DNA from: Eledone cirrhosa
Lineage: Eukaryota
Direction of reading: 5' to 3'
Length of the DNA: 64,000 bases
NCBI GenBank assembly: GCA_964016885.1
Contig: OZ024740.1
Coordinates: forward strand, 232,066,001-232,130,000
Below, piece after piece: positions 1-15,765 of the stretch (its first letter is position 1; every line of letters starts with the position of its first letter). The notes under the pieces were generated by a model. It ran no database searches. It saw only the letters and a list, made by a program, of their open reading frames with translations, and was not told the origin of the DNA. The position numbers and the translations under genes are program-made.

Positions 1-55
1 ACACATATATATATATATGTATATGCATCTGTATGTATGTATCTATTTATCTACC

Positions 56-308
<253 letters not shown>

Positions 309-875
309 CATGTGTGTAGAAACACACATGGTTATATAGTTATGTGCATTTGAAAAGAAATAAACCCCATATTAAAAGCAAACAAGAGATTCACTTTGAA
401 TATTTGTTGTTGTTGCCGAGGTAATTGTGAACATTATTATTGTTCTGTCATTATTTTTCTATTTTGTTGTACATTCGTTACTTTTCTAGAATATTCTTTT
501 GTTTGTTTGTTCGTTTGGTTGTTGTTGAAAAGCGAAGCTGTAAAGACAACAGCTGAAATCTTGGTCTCAAAACATGTGCATGTTTCACACGGCATTCTAC
601 TCTTGTTGTTTTCTATGAGGTCCCTTAGGGACTAACTCAGTACCTTGATCACGTTCATCTTACACGAAACAATTATATCACAGTTTCTGGTTTCCTGTAT
701 GTGAAAACATTTGTTTGCCACTGTTGCTGATGTTGTTGTTGTTGTTGTTGTTGTGGTAGTGGTGGTGATGGTGATAGTAGATGCTATTTGTGTGGATGGG
801 GAACTAAGTATAGAGCACGGCATAAAAAGGGCTGGTGAGATACAAGTAACCCTAAAAATATGTGAACCAACAATA

Positions 876-1045
876 CACAGGCATGGTAGTTTAGATTAAA
901 AAGTATTCCACGCAACCTCGTGGTCCCGCGTTTCAACCTATTGTTTGCTGGTACCTTGAGCAAGTGATTTAACTACAGCCTCGATCCGAATAATGCCTTG
1001 TGGACGAATCTAGTTGACAAAAACAATAAAAAAGCATGTCTTATA
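876..1045 (+). mobile_element. Old tRNA-derived SINE with CORE-like 'ccttgagcaagtg' segment (family C); second copy at ~63127-63240
   Basis: Shares caggcat...accttga(g/a)caagtg...acta(c/t)ag(c/t)ctcg...ag(tt/ta)gaca with 63127-63240. Confidence 0.6.
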
Positions 1046-1252
1046 TACACACATACACACACGCACAGACACACCCACACCTATATATATATATTTTTTT
1101 TAAATTTTTTTTACGTATGTATGCATGTATGTTGTATATATATATACACAAATATCAAATGATTTCTGTGGAATTTATCTGAAGAGAACATGTTTTTGGC
1201 TTATGTTATACATCAGCCTTGCATCTTTGAAATACGTATAATAAAATAAATT

Positions 1253-1446
1253 GCGATGGATTGGTAGTAAAGGTAGAGGGTCGGGCGCCATGCTTTGCAG
1301 CATACAGGTACGTACCTTTTCGATCTGAGTTCAAATCCCGTCAAGGTTAACTTTGCCTTTCATCCTTACAGGGTCGATAAAATAAAGTACCAGTCACGCA
1401 CTGGGTAATTGCTGGCCTTGTGCCGAAACTAGAAACAATTATTATT
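1253..1446 (+). mobile_element. tRNA-derived SINE family A
   Basis: B-box gagttcaaatccc, body aggttaactttgcctttcatccttac.gggtcgataaaataaagtaccagt, tail tagaaacaattatt; >20 copies in the window. Confidence 0.9.
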
Positions 1447-2144
1447 GTATATATAGGTGTGTGTGTGTGTATCTGTGTATGTGTGTGTGTGTCTGCGTGT
1501 GTGTGTGTGTGTGTGAGTGTTGTGTGTGTGTGTTTGCGGGAGTGTGTCTCCATCTGCGTACATACTTTACTAAAGGCAACATGTGGCATATGACTAGTTA
1601 TAGATTATGTGCAGCAGTACTAAGCCATCCTCTTGTGGAGGGTTGAGAATATATAGACGGTACAAAGGCGAACATTGCAGTGGGCAGTAAGGCATGAAGT
1701 AGAGAACTGAACAAATATAGAGCCCAAGAAAAAGACCCAAACCTCACCCTTAGCCAAACTCTAATGGAAACGCCGAATGAGCAGAAGATCAAAAGGAATA
1801 CAGTATTGATTGCGCAGCAGAGGTCGGAGAGGTTTTATAGAACACAAAAAATAACAGACTATTTGTAAAAACATTATCAGACGTGTATATATAACAAATA
1901 GAACACTACCGACACGATGATAGAGGCGTCAATGTTCACACAATTTCGAGGTTGTCGTTTGTAAAAATTAATTTGAGCAGAAGTTAGTCGTAAATATGTA
2001 GTGTCCCAGATTCTATTTGTTTTGTGGTTTATCACATTTGTTTGGTGGGGATGGCTATATACATGCTTTTATTTCGTGTACAACATTTCGAATGAGTCTT
2101 ATATTATCTTCAGACTTTTCTTCTTTCCGTATATATATATATAT

Positions 2145-2247
<103 letters not shown>

Positions 2248-2361
2248 TAATATTATGACGTAGGTGCCAAGCGATTTCGGCTTGTGACGTAGTCGTTATT
2301 TTTCATATCTCTATACCCACTTTGCATCTCCACATGCATCAAGATTTCCATACTTAACCCC

Positions 2362-2486
<125 letters not shown>

Positions 2487-2624
2487 CATATATATATATA
2501 TAAAATATGATTCCAGTTCCTCAGAGGAATAACAACACAACTAGAAGGTGGACTTATCGATATATTGACTGAGTAAAACACACTTCAACAACATGTGTAC
2601 CTGTCTTTCCCACACCAATTCGGG

Positions 2625-2677
2625 CTGCCTGAAGAGGTCACAGCCAATGATGGCTGTCACCGAAATATATATACCAG
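2625..2677 (+). ncRNA. Minimal type I hammerhead ribozyme motif
   Basis: ctgc-CTGAAGA-ggtcacagcc/ggctgtcacc (stem II)-GAAAT-ATAT-ATA^ccag; one stem I mismatch next to the cleavage site. Confidence 0.65.
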
Positions 2678-2797
2678 TATATTTATAATTTATAATAAAC
2701 GAAGCCAAATGTTACATATTTGACTTAATTATTTTACATTACCTCGTCGAGTGTTCCAATCTGGATATTAGGTCTCGGTGAACAACCAACATATATT

Positions 2798-2833
<36 letters not shown>

Positions 2834-2837
<4 letters not shown>

Positions 2838-3099
2838 GAAAAAGTGGAAAATAACATGGTCAACAGTACAAAAAAAGGAGTTTTATTTACAATCTAACAA
2901 TTGTTTCACTGATAAAGTTGTCTAAAAATTGCTAAACACTGAAAGTAGTGCCACTCAATTTAAAATACATGTTAGCTCCATCATATCCTCAAAGTGTTTA
3001 GCAATTTTTAGAAAACTCTATCAGTGAAACAATTGTTAGACTGTAAATAAATCTCCTTTTTTGTACTGTTGACCATGTTAGTCTCCCCTTTTTTCAATT
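2834..3099. mobile_element. Fold-back miniature element made of two inverted PLE pLTR ends
   Basis: ~105-bp inverted arms 2834-2940 / 2993-3099, homologous to the termini of the 6.3-8.9 kb PLE (atcagtgaaacaattgt). Confidence 0.8.
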
Positions 3100-3459
3100 T
3101 TATTATTCCAAGATAAACTTACAAGTTAAATCATAAACTCGTCATCTACGTAAACCTTTTGTTGTGTCATAAAACGCCGTACGCTAAAACTATCCATGAT
3201 AAGAAGTATTCTCAACCTCTAATCGGATTACCTTTAACGACACACACACATACACACACACACATACACACATACACACATACACACACACATACATACA
3301 TACATACATACATACATACATACACACACACATACATACATACCCACATACACACATACACACACACACACACACATACACATACACACACACATACACA
3401 CACATACACATACACACACATACACATACACACACATATACATACACACATATACATAT

Positions 3460-3511
<52 letters not shown>

Positions 3512-4866
3512 GTCTAAGGTTGAATCTTATTTTCTTCAGCAGGTTGGAACCGGTAGTTTTGACCTAGGAAACACGGAGCTTCGGCTCTATGGATGCTTGG
3601 TGGTTCACTAGGTAAGACCAAAATTTCAAGTACTCTGTTTAAAACATAATATACAGACACTTATTTAGTATCCCTTTTACTCCAAGTATAAATGCCTCTT
3701 TCTTTCGATTGTTATTCTCACTATATAGCAGTCTGGGAGGGACGTAATTATAGCGGGGAGTCCATGGGAAAATTTATTCAAAGAAAAGAGATTTTTGGTA
3801 AAAACAAGGCTGAGAATCATTAGTTTAGTTGTTCAAATGTATCGAAGATATTACGTTTTATTTCAAAAAGCACAGAAAATAAAACAAAATACTCTTTCTT
3901 TTTTGTTATATTAAATAAGCGGAGATCTTATGATACGGAACAGTTCACAACAAACAATACGAACAAATATAAATAACAATAGCAACGGGAAAAAGAAGAC
4001 GAAGGAAAAGACATTGAAATAAACGAATAAACAGTAGAATTAAAGAGAAATGGAGAATGAGTGCGAAAACATTGAAATGGGTGGAATTCAGTCAATTGTA
4101 ACGAAAAACACACACATTATATGTATGTATATATGTTTGTCTGTATGTATGAGTGTGTATGTGTGAACGTATCTATGTATGTATGTGTATGTATGTGTAT
4201 GTATGTATGTATGTATGTGCGTGTATGTATGTGTGTATCTATGTATCTATGTATGTGTATGTATGTATGTGTGTATGTACGTATTGAGAGAAAGAAAGAG
4301 AGCTATACGTACATACTTACGTACACATATTCATGGATGCATATAAAAAGCTGCGCTGGCTACCAATAAATAAGAAACCTGAGAATGGAAACTCGAAAAA
4401 AAGAAACCGACAATGGAAAATAATATGAAGAGATGAAGTGACCCCCAGCAACATATTATAACGAGAAAATACGAAAATCCTTTTAATCGGCAGAGTGCCA
4501 AACTCTGGTTAAAATATTACCCAACTGCACATATATAGAACAGGGTTATTTAGTTGTGAGCTGTAAGTAAAAACGACGGTAGGAATCTGATGCAGCATCA
4601 GTATTAAATATTTTTGGATGTAATAGCATATTGAAAACTTACTGGAAAAATAATAATAACAAATACATTATAACAGGAATATTATTATTTCCCAGCATGG
4701 CTAAACTATATGTTTGATGTCTATATCAAGGTTGACTTAAGGTTAAACAATAACAGCGACAACGATTCTCGTACAAAATATATATGTGATACGTTTCTGT
4801 CAGAAAAGACAGCCTTTACTGACGGAAACAAAACTAATTTCCAGACGGTTTATATATAATTTATAC

Positions 4867-4953
<87 letters not shown>

Positions 4954-4957
4954 ATAA

Positions 4958-4995
<38 letters not shown>

Positions 4996-5050
4996 ATATA
5001 TATATATATATAATATATATATATATATATACATAATATATATATAATAT

Positions 5051-5082
<32 letters not shown>

Positions 5083-5086
5083 CATA

Positions 5087-5156
<70 letters not shown>

Positions 5157-5360
5157 CAGCGAGAATCGTATTTCGGCTGGTAGATATAAAGAAACGAAAC
5201 GCAAAATCGTAGAAATGGTGGCAAGTGCTCCAATAGTTTAAGAAAACTACAGCTAAACAATATGTTAAAACGCCATACAAACTGAAAAAGTGGTCAAGAA
5301 TGCATTAACCACCTAAGCCAAAAAACAAATCAAGCTAAAGAGGTCAAACAAAATAAATGA

Positions 5361-5455
<95 letters not shown>

Positions 5456-5659
5456 TGCGTGTGTGTATGTCCCCAAGCACGTGTACGCGCGCGCGTGTGT
5501 GTGTATGTGTGTTTGTTCCTATTGATTTAAGTAAGGGCGTGTGGTTTAAAAATTCTATACGGAACCAAGTGTCTCCATGTTCGATGTTACTGCGCGCCAT
5601 ACCGTTAGATCAACCACTCTCATATGAGTGAAATGGGACAATTGGTCAATATACAACCA

Positions 5660-5728
5660 CATGCATGCATACATACATAGGTACGCATATACACGCATCC
5701 ATGTATGTATGCATACATACACACACAC

Positions 5729-5816
<88 letters not shown>

Positions 5817-5903
5817 GCATCCATATATATGCATACATGCATACATGCATACGTGCATACATATACATGCATCCATGTATGTATGCATACAAACACACAC
5901 ACA

Positions 5904-5940
<37 letters not shown>

Positions 5941-6027
5941 GCATCCATATATATGCATACATGCATACATGCATACGTGCATACATATACTTGCATCCAT
6001 GTATGTATGCATACAAACACACACACA

Positions 6028-6120
<93 letters not shown>
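5660..6120. repeat. Tandem ~120-bp compound unit (atacatgcatccat...cacacagatg(ta)n), 2-3 copies
   Basis: Near-identical units at ~5811 and ~5934, partial at ~5680. Confidence 0.8.
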
Positions 6121-6121
<1 letters not shown>

Positions 6122-7224
6122 AGGGATAACCAAATATCGTTATAGGTAATCCAGTTAGTGGTTATAAATACTTCTTATTATTGATAGTTTTAGTGTACAG
6201 CGTTGTTTGACTCAACAAGAGGTTTACGTAGGTGGCAAGTTTATCATTTCACTTGTATTCCTATGTACGTTTATGGTGGAGTAATGAAAGTGAAAAAGTG
6301 AAAAATAACATGGATTTATTTACAGTCTGACAATTGTTTCACTGATTAAATTGTCTAAAAATTGCTGAACACTAGAAGCAGTGCCAATCAATTTTAAATA
6401 CGATGTTAGCTTAATCAGATCATCGGAGGTAACTAGAATATATAACCATTAAATTTACAAATTCAAATTACAGCATCAAGAAAAAGGAGAAAGGAAAACA
6501 GAGAAAGATATTTATAGAGAGAAAAAGATATAGAGAAAAAAACATAGAGAAAGGAGGAGAGAAAGTGGAGAGAAAAGGAGAAAGGAGAAATACAGGTAGA
6601 AAGAAAGAAAAATAGGGAAAATAATGATAACAACAATAAATGACTTAATGTTAATACATGTAAATAAATAAACAAGTTACATCGAGGATGATACAAAATA
6701 ATATAGAATATGAAAATAAATAAGTAAAAATGTGGGAAGAAATTTAAACATATTAAGATTATTGAAAGTGGTTATTGAGAATGGTTAAAATATAGAGAGA
6801 TACGAAGGTATAAACATGATAATGTTAAATATATTTATGTGTATTGGTTATTTTAATAAATTAATTATATAATTAATTAATTATTTGATTAATTAGTTGC
6901 AAGTTATATTTGAAGTGAAAATGATATGATAAGATAGAATAAGATAAAATAAGATACAATGCCAGAGATGAAATAAATTTAGGGAGAGATAGAAAGATAG
7001 AAAGAGATAGAAAGATAGAAAGTGAAAGATAAAGAAATATAAAATATGAATGTAAAATATAAGAGGTTATGATGCTGGTTCATTGACAGATGATGACAAT
7101 TATAATAACAATGAGGATAATAGGATATTATAAGATATTATAATAGATCTAAGTGGTACAATTTGAGTTACGGAATAGATTGGATGAATTAGACTGGTCT
7201 AAATTTCTCAAATTTGGTCGCCAT

Positions 7225-8350
7225 TTAATGCCTACAGAAAATAGTTCTTTCCATTTTACTGTTAAGAAGCATTTTGTTGTATTTTAAAATTTGGAAGAGC
7301 TCCATATTACAAAGACAACAGTGGGGCATGCCAATTCTATAGGCTATTTCTGTCGATAGCTTCGTCCAGCTGATTTTAAATTCCAGGTTTGCATCTCTGA
7401 GTTGCCAGATTTTATTGGCAAGTATTGTTGTTTTCATGAGCTTCCTGTTATTCATAGAGTGTCTATGGACATACCACCTTTTCTTAAACTCCCCCGCTGT
7501 GGAACCTATGTAGTGCCATGCTAAGTTGCCTTAATTTATAGTACATAGGTACACTATATTTGACTCCAGGCATTTATTTTGTAATGGGAATTTATTAGGT
7601 AGATGGCAGTTACATTTAGATGCCTTCCTATGTGCCGGTTATTCGATATGGTTTTGTATGTTATGTGTGAGCTGATAATTGAGTTTGCTGATGTATTGTG
7701 GTGATGTGTTCTGACGTGTGTTTGGTTGTGATGATGTCATATGCTTGTGTTTTGTATTTGGTGTTAAGGTACTTATTTGCGGGCTAATTGTATTATAAAT
7801 TCTTTTATAGCTAATTTTATGTATGTGTGATTCTATGTTGTTGGCAGTGGAGTATGATAGTTTGATAGTATTTCTATTAAAGATTTTATGATATTTATGA
7901 ATTTTAGGGAAGTGTTTGTCAACTAATTTGAAGAAAGTGTAAGGTAATTTTGTTTTTATATAGGAGTTAAATATTGGATTGAACCATACGTACTTCATAT
8001 CTCTGCATCTTCTATAGTTACTAGTGGTCTTTATATTAGTATTCTGTTCAATTAATTCTCGTGCTTGTTGTCAATTTCTATGTTTAGTCCTAGATTTGTT
8101 GCTTCTATAGGTCTGGATAGTGTTATTTCTATTAAGTGTGTTGTTATTTTTTGAATCTGGTATGTATTTGAGTCTCTATTTATGGACTGCCTTAAGTAAA
8201 GCTATGTTGTAGCAGTTATAATGTTCGTTGAAAATCTCTAGATTAGAAGATAGTCGCGAGATTCTAAGGGATATGCTATGTGCTATGGAGTTAATTATGG
8301 ATCGAGGGTGATTAGAGTTATAATTAATGTAAGCTAAATTTTCATTATTT
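7225..8350 (-). pseudogene. PLE ORF C-terminus (RT thumb, linker, GIY-YIG endonuclease), disrupted
   Basis: YINYNSNHPRSIINSI...RISRLSSN; KYVWFNPIF...DKHFPK...KIFNRNTIKLSYS; CNC...CLESNIVY...YIGST..FKKRW..H; terminal C..C and CRH motifs. Confidence 0.88.
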
Positions 8351-8697
8351 TTATGGAAGGGTTCTTAACTTGTTTATTTATTTACATTTATTCATGTATT
8401 AACATTAATTCATTTATTGCTGATATCATTATTTTCCCTATTTTATTTCTCTCTACCTTTATTTCTCCTTTCTCCTTTTCTCTCCTCTTTCTCTCCTCTT
8501 TCTCTCCTCCTTTCTCTATGTCTTTTTCTCTCTATATATCTTTCTCTGTCTTCCTTTCTCATTTTTCTTTTTCCTTTTTCTTTCTTTCTTTTACCTATCT
8601 CTCTTTCTTTTTTTTCTCTCTCTCTATCTTTATTATTAATATTATTAATGATGCTGTAATTTGAATTTGTAAATTTAACGGTTATATATTCTAGTTA

Positions 8698-8800
8698 CCT
8701 CCGATGATCTGATTAAGCTAACATCGTATGTAAAATTGAGTGACACTGCTTCTAGTGTTCAGCAATTTTAGACAACTTAATCAGTGAAACAATTGTCAGA
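8698..8800 (+). ncRNA. HHR-like motif in PLE pLTR (core variant CCGATGA); mirror copy at 6326-6429 on the minus strand
   Basis: CCGATGA-tctgattaag...cttaatcagt-GAAAC-AATT-GTC^aga. Confidence 0.6.
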
Positions 8801-10340
8801 CTGTAAATAAATCCCTTTTTTTTGTATTGTTGACGATGTTATTCTTCACCTTTTCAATTTTATATATATATATATATATATACAGAGAAGCTGACAACGT
8901 TTTACCGTCTATAGAGGTATGTTACTCAATGTTTTAAAACTGGGTTCACAAATGCTTCTTGAGTTCGAAATTTTCTACATTTCTAAACATTTTCACTCAG
9001 TCAATGCCCAATCTTTATTTATAAAACATCCAAACACATGTACATGCATGCATACAAACATGCATGCATACAAACATACATGCATGCATACATACATACA
9101 TACACACATGCATACATAAATACATGCATACATACATGTATATCGATGCCGGATATCAGAATTGGCGCATTGAAGGCAAGTGCCTTGGGTTATTTCATTC
9201 AGTCTCCTTAACGTCCATTGACTCTCAGGCCGAGAGTCTTCACTTAGGTCAATAATATAAGTACTAAAGAGAATATTGATTTTAATATAATCGACTAAGA
9301 ATCATTTAATATTATAATACACTGCGATAACATGCGAATAGCTGAAAGCAGTTTAAAAAGTATTTCTACAGTATCCTGGATTGATCTCATAAGATTCTAT
9401 CTTTTGCCGAGATCCAGCTCTCTTATCGTATATCTCAAACATATTTTGTTTTAGAAAATAAATAATATATAAAGCAATGTTTTATATGATCTAATGATTT
9501 TGCCACTAGTAATTTCTTTTCATGATCACAAGGGAAGTGGATGCAGGGATATTGCATCGTCATATCATATTATATTAGGTGAGTTTGATCGCAGAATCGA
9601 TTATGAAATAATTATCCAGGGAAGACAAAATTATACAAAAGAACTTAAACAGGACACCAATTGAAAAGAAAATCACCTAGTCCCTATGAAGGAACACCAC
9701 TGTTCTATGATTAATCTAACTACCAAAGGCAGATGCTTTTTCTCTATTGTATTCTCAGGCTTACAGACACAGGTTGAGAGAAGGTATATTTATTCGGGTC
9801 ATTCTCGTTTTTCTCATGCAGTTTTCATGAAATTCATTGGAGAGCGGCTCACACACAATTATTTATTCCCTTTGAAATGGAACATGAAGAAGTTTATGAG
9901 AGCTTAACAGAAGAGAAAAATATCTCGTCTGATATACAATTTATATTTTGACATTGACACAGAAAAAGTGCCTGTCCTTCCCATCCAATGGAAGGCAGAC
10001 AAGTGATCCACACGATGTATTCGGATTATACATACAACAGATGCCTATTCGAAATAACTCAATGATCGCAAACTGATTGGGTGTCATGCAAGTCGAACAG
10101 TTTCATTGTTCAGCGCTTAATTCAGATTGATAGGGTGGAAAGAGATACGGTGCAAGAATTACAGAAATATCAGTCCCTACGATATAAACAACGACAAAAT
10201 CAACGTAAGACAAAAGAGAGAAACAACAGCAACTTAATAACAATAAAATAGAAATAATAAGAATACAATTAACAGCAAAAATATCAGCTAAACAAGAAAA
10301 ACACCAAGAACGCCACCACGACAAAAACAAAAACAAATAG

Positions 10341-10590
10341 AACATCTTCCCATTCCGCGGTGGTAAACCCCTCGTCTGGGATGTCAATTGCAGCGACACA
10401 TTCTCCAGTGGCATCCTGCTGCAGTCTGCGACTAGCCCAAGTTCTGCTGCACTTCGGGCTGAGGAGGGTAAACTCTCCAAGTATCGTTCGCTCTCCGACA
10501 GATTTGTAGTCAAGCCCCGAGCAGTGGAGACTTCTGGTGTCCTTGGCCCTAGGGCTACCTCCTTACTCACCACCATAGGCGCTGAGCGCG
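10341..10590 (+). mobile_element. Restriction-like endonuclease domain fragment of a CRE-like (RLE) non-LTR retrotransposon
   Basis: Open frame IFPFRGGKPLVWDVNCSDTF...SAALRAEEGKLSKYRSL...AVETSGVLGPRA matches the PW..GK.LVWD..C.DT...AE..K..KY...ET.G pattern. Confidence 0.75.
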
Positions 10591-11093
10591 TGGGACACCA
10601 TTTACTCCCCATACGGAGAGATGAGGAGGGCGAGAGAAATGGAGGTGTTGAGAGTGGGAGTTCGGCTCCCCTGTGTTCGGACCTGGTGTACTTGTATATA
10701 TACATATTTACTATCTTATCAAATAGACATATTTATACTCCATTGTTATGAAAGATCAGTAGCAGTGCCGTTGTTTTGCAATAGAACAATAAAAGGATGA
10801 AGAACAAAAATGAAATAACAAAAACAAAATGACACAAAAACACCAAGGAAACATAAACAACAAAGTAGCAACAACAACATCAGTGACAAGATTTAACGGT
10901 TGGAAATTTCACTTCAACAGACCAATGAAAATGTTACAAGTAAAATATCGAATGGTACGTACATATTTCGGGATTAATTTAAAACCATCTTATCAGTGAC
11001 AGGAAACAATCAATTGTTCAGTCTACGCATGTATATATGAGTCAATGGCCATCCAAAAATGTGTAAATATGTATATATGTGTATGCATGTGTA

Positions 11094-11138
<45 letters not shown>

Positions 11139-11172
11139 GTGTGTGTACATGTATGCATGTGTATATATATAT

Positions 11173-11545
11173 ATATGCGCGGGGACATAGAAATATTTCG
11201 GCGGGATACCCAATCACGCGGTTAAATCACTGGGAGTTGAGGATCTCTAGCCTTTGTCAGGGCATTCTTCTAGGAGAAGGTAACTCAGGAAACTGGGATA
11301 ACTCCGGCATATAACCTGCGGCTCCGTAGTTAACGATGATGTTGATCTTTTCTTCTTTTCTGGTTATAGCTACTGTCGTTCAGAGAGTGGGATTGGCTCA
11401 GTGCACAGTCTTTCCTCACTTTAAAAATAATCTTCACACACAGGCATTGAACGATTGCATTAATTAATAATTATTAATAATGGTATATCGTGCATTGGCC
11501 ATACTTGATAACGAGGGAGCAGCCATCCTCATGTATGTATGTATG
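11173..11545 (+). mobile_element. Non-autonomous RTE-derived element, family R1
   Basis: Homologous to 20560-20905(-), 45205-45590(+) and 54505-55050(-); gagagtgggattggctcagtgcacagtctttcctcac motif; (tatg)n tail. Confidence 0.75.
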
Positions 11546-11547
11546 TA

Positions 11548-11885
11548 TGCAACCCTGATGGTATCCAGTGATGTTGACTTGTTCTTCTTTTTAAGAGAGT
11601 GGGACTGGCTTTGTGCAGTGCCTTTGCTCACTATAAAAGCTTCACGGCACAGGCATTGCTTTATATCTGGAGATATCTCTGCACTTGTCGTGACATGGTA
11701 CCATGGGCCCAGCACTATGTGTCAATAATTGTCACAAGTGTAGTGTTTGTACCAGAGCTTTCAAGTCGCTGATTGGTCTAAAAATTCACACTCGTTCAGC
11801 GCATCGGTAGGGGTTCTCCTACATGGATATAAAGTAGTGGCCGTACTCGAAAACGAGTTGGCAGCCACCATGTATGTATGTATGC
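11548..11885 (+). mobile_element. Non-autonomous RTE-derived element, family R2, retaining the terminal C2H2 finger
   Basis: 11730-11810 encodes CHKCSVCTRAFKSLIGLKIHTRSAHR*; homologue at 19688-20100(-). Confidence 0.75.
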
Positions 11886-11996
11886 ACGTACATACGTATG
11901 TGTGTATGTATATACGTATGTGTGTATCTATGTATGAAGGTATGTATGTAAGTAATATATACATGTATGAATACGTAAACATATATAAGTATATAT

Positions 11997-12069
<73 letters not shown>

Positions 12070-12109
12070 GAGGGTGGGTGGGTGTATATATATATATATA
12101 TATATATAT

Positions 12110-13435
<1,326 letters not shown>

Positions 13436-13502
13436 TATTTATTTATATATATACATACATAGAGGTACAAACAAATGAAGAAGGCACCAATCACCACATA
13501 AT

Positions 13503-13696
13503 ATAGTTGTTTCTACGTTTGGCACAAGGTCAGTAAAAATCCCAGTATATTACTGGTACTTTATTTTATCGTCCCCGTAAGGATGAAAGGCAAAGTTAAC
13601 ATCGACAGGATTTGAACTCAGACCGTAAAGGGACGTAACTATGCTGGAAAGCATCGCATCCGGCCCTCTACCCATACTGCCAATTCATCGCCCTTA
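13503..13696 (-). mobile_element. SINE family A
   Basis: Reverse-complement match to the family consensus. Confidence 0.9.
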
Positions 13697-13717
13697 ATAT
13701 AGTAGTCGAGATTATTT

Positions 13718-13828
13718 ATCCCGCCGAGGTTAACTTTGCCTTTCATCCTTCCGTGGTCGATAAAATAAAGTACCAGTAATGTACTGGGTAATTTGCTGGC
13801 CTTGTGCCAAAAGTAGAAACGATTATTT
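13718..13828 (+). mobile_element. SINE family A, 5'-truncated
   Basis: atcccgccgaggttaactttgcc...gtagaaacgattatt. Confidence 0.88.
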
Positions 13829-14612
13829 ATATTAACTTATTCTTGCATTACCAGTGGTCTTATAGACGTAAACCATTCATTATATCATAAATAATTCAAA
13901 ATGCTTATACACATATATACATACACACACACAGACACATATATGCATACACACGTACACACACAAACACACACACGCACACACAAACACACACACAGAC
14001 ATATATATATATACATAGATTGAATAAGAATGAAAATGTTGGTTATATGGAGAGAAGAAGAGGTGGTGAATCAAAATGAGTGTGGAAAGGAGACAGGAGA
14101 GAAACCCTGTGTGCATGAGAGAGAGATGAGCGAGCGAGAGAAAGTGAAACAAAGAGAGAGATGGAGCGAGGAAGCGAGAGAGATAACCAGAGAAAATGAA
14201 GAGGAAAGACTTTCCGGATTTTAATTGCTTGTTTCCTTTTCAGTGCAATCATTTGAGAGAAGTAGTGTTATATGAACAGGCATAAAGGACAAACTGACTA
14301 TCAGAGATAACGTGTTCTCATCATGCTAATCTTACTTGATACGTTTCTCTGTTGATTTTCAAAATTAGATGCGAAGAGACATAGTGAGACAATAATATAC
14401 GTACATACACAGAAATAGATACACACACAGACACACGGACATATCCATATACGTACATACATACATATATACATACATATATATAGATATATTTCCCGGC
14501 GTAGAAGACGCTACTTTTTTCCTAAAATAAGTCTCAAAAATCTACCATGCGTTCTGGAGGCCGAAGGTTGTTTATTATATTTTTCGGCGCCAGGAAATAC
14601 GGTATATATATT

Positions 14613-14708
<96 letters not shown>

Positions 14709-14722
14709 CGCAGACAGAGCGA

Positions 14723-14774
<52 letters not shown>

Positions 14775-14923
14775 GAGAGGGGGGATAAAGTGAATTAGAG
14801 AGTGGGATTAAAATAAGTCCGATCATCCAAATGTTGTTATGAACAATTGATGAAGAATTCAACGTTAAGACCAGAATATGTAAAATATATTCCTTGATTC
14901 CCTACGAAAGTAGTTAGTGCTTC

Positions 14924-15060
14924 ATAATTGTTTCTACTTTAGGCACAAGGCCAGCAATTAACCAGTGCATTACTGGTACTTTATTTTATCGACCCCGTAA
15001 GGATGAAAGGCAAAGTCAACCTCGGCGGGATTTGAACTCAGATCGTAAAGGGACGCATAA
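14924..15060 (-). mobile_element. SINE family A, 5'-truncated
   Basis: Reverse-complement match to the consensus. Confidence 0.88.
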
Positions 15061-15456
15061 TTCCCTGTCTATAGAATCAACGTATAACATTTTTTCTAAA
15101 TATTTCTTTTATTTTACTTCGCATTTTTCTTCTGGCCCTTTCTCATGTTATTCTTTCCAGAAAATCCGTGTTCTCCCCACCAACCGTTATCTTTTAAAGA
15201 CATATTTTAAATTTCTGTTATATGTTTTCTCCCTACCCCTAATTATGTACAACGAATTCATTAATTTAATTATATCAGTTTTCTCAGAAGAGCCGAAAGT
15301 TGAAACCAGTTTGTAACGAAGCGATGGACAAATTATACATACATACATATATGCCTGTATAAACACACACACACACACACACACATACACACACACACAC
15401 ACGCGCACGCGCGCGCGCGCACGCACACACACTTATATATATATATAGTGAGTTTG

Positions 15457-15678
15457 TGAAGGCGCGTAACTAAGTGGTTAGAAAATTGAATTCACAATTT
15501 TGAGGTTGTGAGTTCGATTCCCGCACCGGGTGATGCGTTATGTCCTTGAGCAAGACACTTTATTTCACGTTGTTCCTTCTATCTTTGCGACCGGTAGAAA
15601 GTATTAGCAATTGGAAATACCAATAGAAACATTATTTCCTTGGTTCGAGTTGACCAGGTCTGGGATCTTGTCGATCGA

Positions 15679-15680
<2 letters not shown>
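15457..15680 (+). mobile_element. tRNA-derived SINE family B (CORE-like body)
   Basis: A-box-like ..aagtggttag, B-box gagttcgattccc, then tgtccttgagcaagacac; same subfamily as 45704-45922. Confidence 0.85.

Positions 15681-15765
<85 letters not shown>

Larger units (their letters stand above)
6288..8860 (-). mobile_element. 5'-truncated Penelope-like retroelement with ~400-bp inverted pseudo-LTRs
   Basis: 6288-6680 is the reverse complement of 8372-8860; RT-thumb and GIY-YIG remnants inside; flanked by (TA)n. Confidence 0.88.

Noticed and set aside
10103-10705. 200-aa minus-strand ORF
   Set aside because: It is the antisense of the RLE fragment plus low-complexity sequence.
15282-15322. CAGAAGA-gccgaaagtt-GAAAC...GTA motif (similar weak cases near 10960-11000 and 62370-62440)
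   Set aside because: Core mutated and stems poor; may be an ancient HHR but cannot be supported.
15457-15530. tRNA-like sequences with A/B boxes (also 25641, 45704 and family A heads)
   Set aside because: They continue into shared SINE bodies and lack a proper cloverleaf, so they are SINE heads rather than tRNA genes.
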